Assembly: GCF_009914755.1 (NCBI RefSeq)
Contig: NC_060932.1
From: the human T2T-CHM13v2.0 reference genome, Homo sapiens
Length of the DNA stretch: 64,000 bases
Strand: one strand, 5' to 3'
Positions 54,580 through 64,000 of this stretch are shown piece by piece; position 1 is the stretch's first letter, and each line of letters starts with the position of its first letter. A model generated the notes under the pieces. It saw only the letters and a program-made list of their open reading frames with translations. It made no database searches and was not told the DNA's origin. The translations under genes were made by a program, and so were the position numbers.

Positions 54580-55641
54580 TGTATTATCTATTTGAAGTAC
54601 TGTTGGATTTGGTTTGTTAGTATTTTGTTGAGGATTTTTGTTTCTGTGCTCATCAGGGATATTGGTCTGTAGTTTTCTTTTTTGTTGTGTCCTTGTCTGA
54701 TTTTGTTATCAGGGTAATGTTGACCTCACAGAATGATTTAGGAAGGATTCCCTCCTCTTTCATTTTTTGAAATAGTTTGAGAAGAATGAATGTTAGTTCT
54801 TCAAAAGTTTGGTAGAAACCTATAGTAAAGCCATTTGGTGCTGGGGTTTTCTTTGTTGGGAGGCTTTTTATCATTGATTCAATCTTGTTACTCATTATTG
54901 GTCTGTTCAGGTTTTTTATTTCTGCCTGCTTCAATCTTGGTAGCTTGTATGTATCCAGGCAGTTTTCCATGTCTTCTGTTTTCCAATTTTCTCTTATGTA
55001 GTTATTGATAATGGTCTCTAATGATCCTTTGTATTTCTGCGCTATCCATTGTAAAGTCACTTTTTTATTTTTATTATTTGGGTCTTCTTCCTTTTTTCTT
55101 GGTTAGTCTGCTAGCAGTTTATTGGTTTTATTTATCTCTTCAAAAACCAAATTTTCATTTTTTTGATTCTTTGTATTTTTTAATCTCGATTTCATTTAGT
55201 TCTGCTCTGATTGTTATTATTTCTTTCATTCTACTAATCTTGCGTTTGGTTTGTTCTCACCTTTCTACTTTCTTGAGGTGCATCATTAGGTTGTTTAGTT
55301 GAAATCTTTCTACTTTTTTTGATGTAGGCATTCACTGCTGTGAACTTCACTCTTAACACTGCTTTTGCAGTATTCCATAGGTTTTGGTATGTTGTGTTTT
55401 CATTTTCATTTATTTCAAAAAACTTTTTATTTCCTTCTTAATTTCTTCATTGACCCAATCATTGTTCAGCAACATGTTGTTTAATGTTCATGTATTTAAA
55501 CAATTTATAAGGTTCTTCTTGTTATTGATTTATAGTTTTATTCCAACTTGGTATGAGAAGATACTTGATGTGATTTTGATTTTTAAAAATTTGTTAAGGC
55601 TTGTTTTGTGGCCCAACAAATGGTCTATCTGGAGAATGTTT

Positions 55642-55979
55642 TTCTTTTTCCTTTCCTTTTCTTTTTTTTTTTCTTTTCTTTCTTTTTTACTTTTGAGACA
55701 GAGTCTCACTCTGTTGCTCAGGCTGGAGTGCAGTGGTGCAATCTTGGCTCACCGCAATCCCCGCCTCCCAGGTTCAAGTGATTCTCACGCGTCAGCCTCC
55801 TGAGTAGTAGCTGGGATTACAGGCGTGCACCACCACACCTTGCTAATTTTTGTATTTTTTGTAGATGTGGGGTTTCACCATGTTGGCCAGGCTGCTCTCG
55901 AACTCCTGGCCTCACACCATCCACCCAACTTGGTCTCCCAAAGTGCTGGGACTACAGGGGTGAGCCACCATGCCTGGCC
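55642..55979 (-). mobile_element. AluS/J inside L1
   Basis: Full Alu. TSD tctggagaatgttt. Confidence 0.93.
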
Positions 55980-56588
55980 TTCTGGAGAATGTTTCATGTG
56001 CTGATGAGAAGAATGTACACTCTGCAGTTATTGGAGTGAGCGTTCTGTAAATGTCTGTTAGGTCTATTTGGTCTACAGTGAAGATTAAGTGTGATGTTTC
56101 TTTGTTGATTTTCTGTCTAAATGATCTGTCTAAAGTTGAAAGTAGGGTGTTAAAATCCCCAGCTATTATTGGGGTCTATCTCTGTGTCTGTCTCTAATAA
56201 TATTTCTTTTATTTATCTGGGTGCTCCAGTGTTGGATGCATATATGCTTACAATTGTTATATCCTCTTGCTGCATTGATTCCTTTATCATTATGTAATGA
56301 CCTTTTTTGCTTCTTTTTGTTTTTTGACTTAATGTATATTTTGTCTGATATAGGTATAGCTAATCCTGCATGCTTTTGGTTTCTGTTTTCTTGCCTTTTC
56401 ATGTTTCTTGTGTTCTTATGTTGATAGCTATGCATCTGGTATAAGAGCCTGTCCTCAGGTCCTGGAATAGCATGCAGGTGGGCCAGACGCCAGGTTTCCT
56501 GAAGGCATGTGCAAGTGTGCAGTGGCCCTGACACTGGAGAGGTTGGGTTACTATCAGTGACAGTGCTCCTGGGTAGGTGGCTGTCAGG

Positions 56589-56640
56589 CTCTGGGAATCA
56601 CACGCTCTGGGAATCACACACTCTGGGAATCACACACTTT
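56589..56640. repeat. 16-bp tandem repeat x3 in the L1 5' region
   Basis: ctctgggaatcacac(g/a) at 56589, 56605 and 56621. Confidence 0.93.
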
Positions 56641-57511
56641 GGCTCCCTTTGTCCCAGGGGACAGCCCCCCTGGTGAGCTGCACTGCCTATTCCCTGGGCT
56701 GTAGGACATTACTTGGACTAGAGTGTGGGGGATTTGGCCACACTGGGGGGTTCAGCTGGCGTTCAACACTGCGGCCCTTTTTGGTTGATGTGGGGAGATA
56801 TCAGCAGGTCATTTTGACTATATTAATTCTTTTGATCCATGAGCATGGGATGTCATTGGCTACAGGGATGTGGAGACACAGGGGTTGTTAGGCTCCAGGG
56901 GAGGATGTAGTCTGTCGGGAGTTGGGCTCTCAAAATGGCACCATGCTGCAACTGCTTGGGTCTCGGAGGGTGTGTGGGACCCAATGCAAACTCCCTCTAT
57001 GTAATAATGCTGTTAAATGGACTCCAGGCATCTCCCTATACTAATCTCAGAGCCAGTGAGGGCTGAGAGGCTCTCCCATGTCTAGGATTGCAGTGGGAAT
57101 GTGAACTGCTAGGGATTTCTATCTACTTTTTCTCTGTTATGGGGAGTTTCTCCTGGCTCTGAGCTGATCCTGTCTGGGCCAGCTGCCTTGTTTTCTTTTC
57201 CTTCCATGCCTCAGACGTACCGTCATTTCCCTGCTGAATTCCAGTGTTCTCTCTTAGAAGTTCTATTTGACATGTAGTTATCTATATGCTGTTTGGTCAT
57301 TTGTGGAGGAGATGAGTGCTGGCCATCTCTCATCAGACATCTTTTGTGCATAATATTTTTGAATTTTCACAACAACATTTTGAGATCAGTTATTATTAAC
57401 ACCATTAACAGATGGAGATTCACTGGCTTTGAGAGGTGAAATGACATGACCACAGCCACAGAGCTAGTGAGTTGCAGAGTTGGAATGTCATCCCAGGTGG
57501 CTGCAGGGTTC

Positions 57512-57909
57512 CCTGGTTTGAATGTTTTTGTTTCCTCCAAAATTCATGTTGAGACATAATCTCCAATGCAACAATGTTGGGAGGTGGGGCCTAATGGGAG
57601 GTGTTTAGGTCACGAGAGCTCTGCCGTCATGAATAGATTACTGCCACTATAAAAAGGGCTTGCAAGAGTGGGTTCCCTCTCTTCTGCCCCTCCTCCCATG
57701 AAAGGACATGGTGTTCCTCCCATCTGGTGGGTGCAATATTTAAGGTAACATCTTGGAAGCAGAGACTGGCCCTTACCAAGTACCAGAACCTGCCAGCACC
57801 TTGATCTTGAACTTCCCAATCTCCAGAACTCTGAGAAATAAATTTCTGTTTTTTATGCATGACCCATTCTCAGATATTCTGTTATAACAGCACAAAACAG
57901 ATTAAGGCA
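57512..57909 (+). mobile_element. MSTD-like LTR
   Basis: tggtttgaatgtttttgtttcctccaaaattcatgttga...ttctgttataacagcacaaaacagattaaggca. Confidence 0.85.
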
Positions 57910-58029
57910 AGGTCTCTTGCTCTTCTCAACTTACTATGTGGCCTCTGCTAATGGTATGTGCATAAAACTTACTCTGATAATTAATTTTGTTGTTTCCTTG
58001 AAGTGAAGGAGGAAACACTCATTTCTTCT

Positions 58030-59345
58030 GGATGGCTTTCTGTATCCATTGACCTCTTTGCTACCATATTCAATGAATAGCTTTCAACTCTTATCTTTTG
58101 TTACTGTTGACCAGTCACTCTTGAAGGCTTTTTTTGCCTTTGGCTCCATTCATCTTGTTTTTCCTCCCATCACTATGATCAATACTCCTGCTCAGAACTT
58201 TCCTTAACTCTTAGTTTGTGTTTTTTTTTTTTTTTTTTTCCAGGATTCTGCCTCATGGCTGTTTCTCTTCACAGTGTACACCCTTGTTCTTGGTGAGCTT
58301 ACCTATGCCCATGCTTTCAAGGATGATTTTTCTGTATGTGAATAATGTCTCTAGATTTATAACTCTAGTCCAGTTTTTCCTTCTGAGTACCAGACTTATG
58401 TTTCTGGCCTATGCAACATCTTCCCACTTAGATGCCTTACAGGCACCTCAACCCAGCATGTTTAAAACTAATCTCCTGCACCATTACCATCCTGACCCTG
58501 GCCTGCTCTTACTCTTGTTGCCCTAAGTGAACAGTGTTAGCAATCGCCTACACAGCTTTCCCAGCCAGAGCCTCCCCATCATCTTTTGCTCTTTCCTTCT
58601 CTCTCCTTCACATTTCAGTTCCTAAGTATGTCCAGCTTTTTTCTTCACATCTCTTGATCCAATTCAGTTCTCTCAATCCCCATGACATTACCCTAGTTCA
58701 GGCTGACATAATCTCTTTGCTGATTTACTGCATTAGCCTCCTGGCTGGTTTCTCTGCCTCTAGTCTCAATCCCCTGTTGCATTCAAAGAGGTCTGAGATG
58801 AAAATCTGATCACGTTGTGCTTTCCTGGCAAAATGTCTTTGATGATGCCGCATTGCTCATGAGATAGAGTACCAAATCTTTAATAAGACTCTGAATGATC
58901 TAGCCTCTGTTTTCTTTTTCTTCTCATTTCTCTCTGCTCTCCTGGTTAAACTCTATCCTCAAGGAATTCCTTTCTGTTTCTCAAAGGCACCATACTCTCT
59001 CTTGCCTCTGGGCCTTCACATGAGTTTTCCTCTTTGCTAAGAATATTTTCCTCAGAGATTTTTCTGGCTTCTTTTTCAACCAGTCTTAGGTCTTGCCTTA
59101 GGTACTCCTCCTTCTGGAAAGCACCCTGCCTCCACCTCTATTCTGCAGGGCTGTGTGAGGTGCATCTCTGTGATCTCATTTATCTTATTAATTATTCTCC
59201 TGTCCTCTAATTTATTATTTGTCTGTTTCCTCCTCTAGATTGTAAGCTTTTGCAAAGATGTGGAACTTATTTGTTTTACTCACTGTGCTATCTCCCACTA
59301 TTTAATATAACAGAGGCTCACTAAATATTGGAATGGATAAATGAA
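58030..59345 (+). mobile_element. L2 LINE, long 3' fragment
   Basis: gatttactgcattagcctcctggctggtttc...ctctagattgtaagc...ctcactaaatattggaatggataaatgaa. Confidence 0.75.
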
Positions 59346-59446
59346 AATTGTGTCTAGCACAGTGTCATATGATCACAGATGAGTTAACCAGGAAATTAAC
59401 ATTACTAGAAGATGGCATTTCTTCATTGTGGTTTGGCCTGATTTTA

Positions 59447-59686
<240 letters not shown>

Positions 59687-59699
59687 CTACCAGAATAAG

Positions 59700-59920
59700 C
59701 ATGATCCTGGAATGAGACAGAACCAGTTTTCAGTCCCGATTCTCTCCTTCCTGGTTGCATTGGTTAACCTCTTTGAGCCTCAAATCCTTCAGTAGAAAAA
59801 TGGGAATAATATAACCTGCCTTGTAGGTTCAATGTAGTAAGTGAGTGAAATAATACATGAAAGGTACTTAGTACAGGGGCTGGCAACAATAATACTCAAA
59901 AATGTTAGTCATTATTAGTA
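59700..59920 (+). mobile_element. MIR SINE
   Basis: ttaacctctttgagcctca...aaaatgggaataatataacctgccttgtagg. Confidence 0.75.
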
Positions 59921-61092
59921 TTACAGTAAGGATAATAAACACTACTTTGCCTGGCAACTAGATGCTTGACAGATAGTGGCTTGTATCATTACTATTATTA
60001 TAAAGGAATGCTGCAGTTTTACTGTAATGACTTCGAGCTGAATTGGCAGGAAGCTGCTCTTTGGAGGTTCAGAGAAGCGGGAACCAGTGCTGAGAAGATT
60101 CTTCCTCTGGTTTCCTAGAGGCAGAGCAAGAGTGGTCAGTTTGGATTGCACCAGGCCAAGGGAGAGCTTTGAAAGGGAGTCATTTAAAGTGCAGCACCTT
60201 CTCCTGGCAACTTACTTCTTGGGACAAAGCACAGCACAGCACTTGCAGAGGCCTTTGTTGAGTAGCTTGGGATTTTTCCTTCTGCCAACCTGAAGGGGAA
60301 AAAAACACAGCGCAGGGCAGCCTTTGGAATTGCATGGGATGATCTGGGTAAGAGTGCTTAAAAGAGAACTTTGTACTTGGGAAAGACCGTATTCGTGAAT
60401 TTCTGTTGAAACCTCACGGACACATCTTTGTAACAAGCACTACAAATGTTAGAGGAGGCTCAACCACCGGTCTGAAGGCATTTCGCCTCTAACCTGAGGC
60501 TTCTAAGGACTGCTTTACCTATAATGTGCTCCTTGATGATTCCTCCACGCTCATTTTCCAAAGGCTGGCCTTTAGGGGTATGAACACTGCTATTTCCCTT
60601 CCCAATTAAGATCCAGAAGGTGAGCAGGATTGCAGAATCCCAGAGATTTGGGTATTTGGGGCATGCAGGCCTATTACCTCTCTGGCTTCTGACTGAGGGT
60701 ACTAACACCTTCTATGTGCAGGCCTGGGACTCCTGGCTACTTGGAGGGTGTGATGAGAACTTTACAAGCTTAAAACATCAGAAGAGGGTGGGTCTGGGGG
60801 CCTGGGCAGAGCTGGACTGGAACTTTGGCTCTGCTACTTACATCAGTGCACCCTTGGTTAAGTTACAGCACTGTTCTGAGCCTGTGCTTCCTTATCTGTA
60901 AGGGGGGGATCATACCTTCACTTAATATGATAATTGATATGTCTGGATTTAGTTCTATCACCTTATGATTTGGATTCTTTTTATTCCGTATGTTTTTATT
61001 TTTTCTGTTTTCCATTTCCTGTCTTCTTTGGAATTATTTGAATATTTTTCAGTATTTCATTTTGACTTATCTATGGAATTTTTGACTATTTC

Positions 61093-61888
61093 TGCTGTGG
61101 ACTGAATTGTGTGCCCCAAATTCATATGCTGAAGTCCTAACCCTGAATGTGGTGGTATTTGGAGATGGGGCCTTTGGGAGGTATTTAGCTTTAGATGATG
61201 GCATGAGGGTATGCCTACATGATGGAATTAGTGACCTTATGATATGGTTTGGCTCTGTGTCCTCACCCAAATCTCATGTCAAAGTGTAATTCCCAGTGTT
61301 GAAGGAGAGGCCTGGTGGGATGTGGTTGAATCAGGGGATCAACTTCCCCCTTGCTGTTCTTGTGATAGAATTCTCACAAGATGGGGTTGTTTGAAAGGGT
61401 GTAGCACTTCTCCTCTTTGTGCTCTCCCTCTCTGTCTCCTGCCACCATGGTTAAGACATGCCTGCTTCCCCTTCCCCTTCTGCCATGATTGTAAGTTTCC
61501 TGAGGCCTCCCAGCCATGCTTCTTGTATAGCCTGTGGAACTGTGAATCAGTTAAACCTCTTTTCTTCATAAATTACCCAGTCTCAGGTAGTTCTTTACAG
61601 CAGTGTGAGAACAGACTAATACACTTTATAAGAAGGAACACTAGAGAGCTCGCTTCCTTTCTCCCCACTCTCATGTACCAAGGAAAGGCCACGTGAGGAC
61701 AAAGGGAGAAGGTGGCCTTCTGCAGCCCAAAGAGAGGGCCCTCACCAGACATCGTCCCTGCTGTCCCCTTGATCTTGGACTTCTAGTATCTAGAATTGTG
61801 AGAAATAAATCTCTGTTGTCCAAGCCACCCAGTCTATTGGTATTTTATTATGCCATTTTGTTATGGCAGGCTGAGCTGACTAAACAAT
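61093..61888 (+). mobile_element. MLT1A-like LTR interrupted by THE1D/MSTA
   Basis: tgctgtggactgaattgtgtgccccaaattcatatgctgaag...ttgttatggcaggctgagctgactaa. Confidence 0.85.
61240..61623 (+). mobile_element. THE1D/MSTA-like solo LTR
   Basis: tgatatggtttggctctgtgtcc...gactaataca. TSD cctta/cttta. Confidence 0.88.
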
Positions 61889-62205
61889 ACCTCTTTGTGT
61901 ATTTTATTCTTAGTGATTACTCTAGGGATTACAATAGTCTACTTAGAATCTATATTTTACCATTTCTAGTGTGCATCTTATAGGTCCATGTACCCTTCTG
62001 CCTTTTATGTTGTAATTGTCATATGTATTTCATGTATATACATTGAAAATCTCACCTGTCAATCATTTTCGATTTAACTATAATACATATGTTAAAGAAC
62101 TTAGGAGAAAAGTAGTCATGTAAGTAATACGTCATTTTTCACTAGCTGTTTTCAGGTTTTTTTTTTGTTTCTTTGTTTTGGCCGTTTGATTATGATGTGT
62201 CTGGT

Positions 62206-64000
<1,795 letters not shown>

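Larger units (their letters stand above)
52068..57345 (-). mobile_element. Long L1MA-type LINE: 5' UTR and decayed ORF2, most of ORF1 missing
   Basis: RT fragment 53800-54105 (TRQGCQLSP...[12 protein letters not shown]), ORF2 pieces 54653-55060 and ~56170-56385 (endonuclease region), GC-richer 5' UTR at 56445-57345. Many stops and frameshifts. Confidence 0.92.
60930..62205 (-). mobile_element. Old L1M ORF1-ORF2 spacer fragments, split by MLT1A/THE1
   Basis: taattgatatgtctggatttag...; tagggattacaata...; gtttgattatgatgtgtct. Confidence 0.55.

Overview
This window is primate (very probably human) non-coding genomic DNA. It is dense in Alu elements (about 26 full or partial copies), L1, L2, MIR, MaLR/ERV LTRs (THE1, MST, MLT1, MLT2, LTR8-like) and DNA-transposon relics (Tigger1, Tigger4a, Tigger5/MER47, MER45A, MER58B, MER5A, MADE1). 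I see no credible intact protein-coding exon, RNA gene, CRISPR array or new gene system. The supplied ORFs are repeat-derived or chance, and only decayed L1 ORF2 and Tigger1 transposase fragments are recognisable. Repeat subfamily names come from my recall of consensus sequences, not from a RepeatMasker run, and boundaries without a target-site duplication (TSD) are approximate. The most interesting signals are structural: (1) an ERV transcript apparently retroposed by L1 machinery (poly(A) tail, ATTAAA, ~14-bp TSD, no U5); (2) a ~680-bp inversion revealed by a split MLT1C/Tigger1 pair; (3) a perfect 48-bp templated insertion within an old L1, plus a second ~150-bp local templated copy; (4) an abutting tail-to-tail inverted Alu pair with a deletion next to the hairpin apex; (5) a G-rich ~55-bp VNTR carrying a MIR fragment, next to an enhancer-like island with a perfect TAATTGCGCAATTA palindrome and a strong CTCF motif; (6) several repeat-free TAAT/SOX-rich islands; and (7) a possible processed pseudogene at the right edge whose parent I cannot name.
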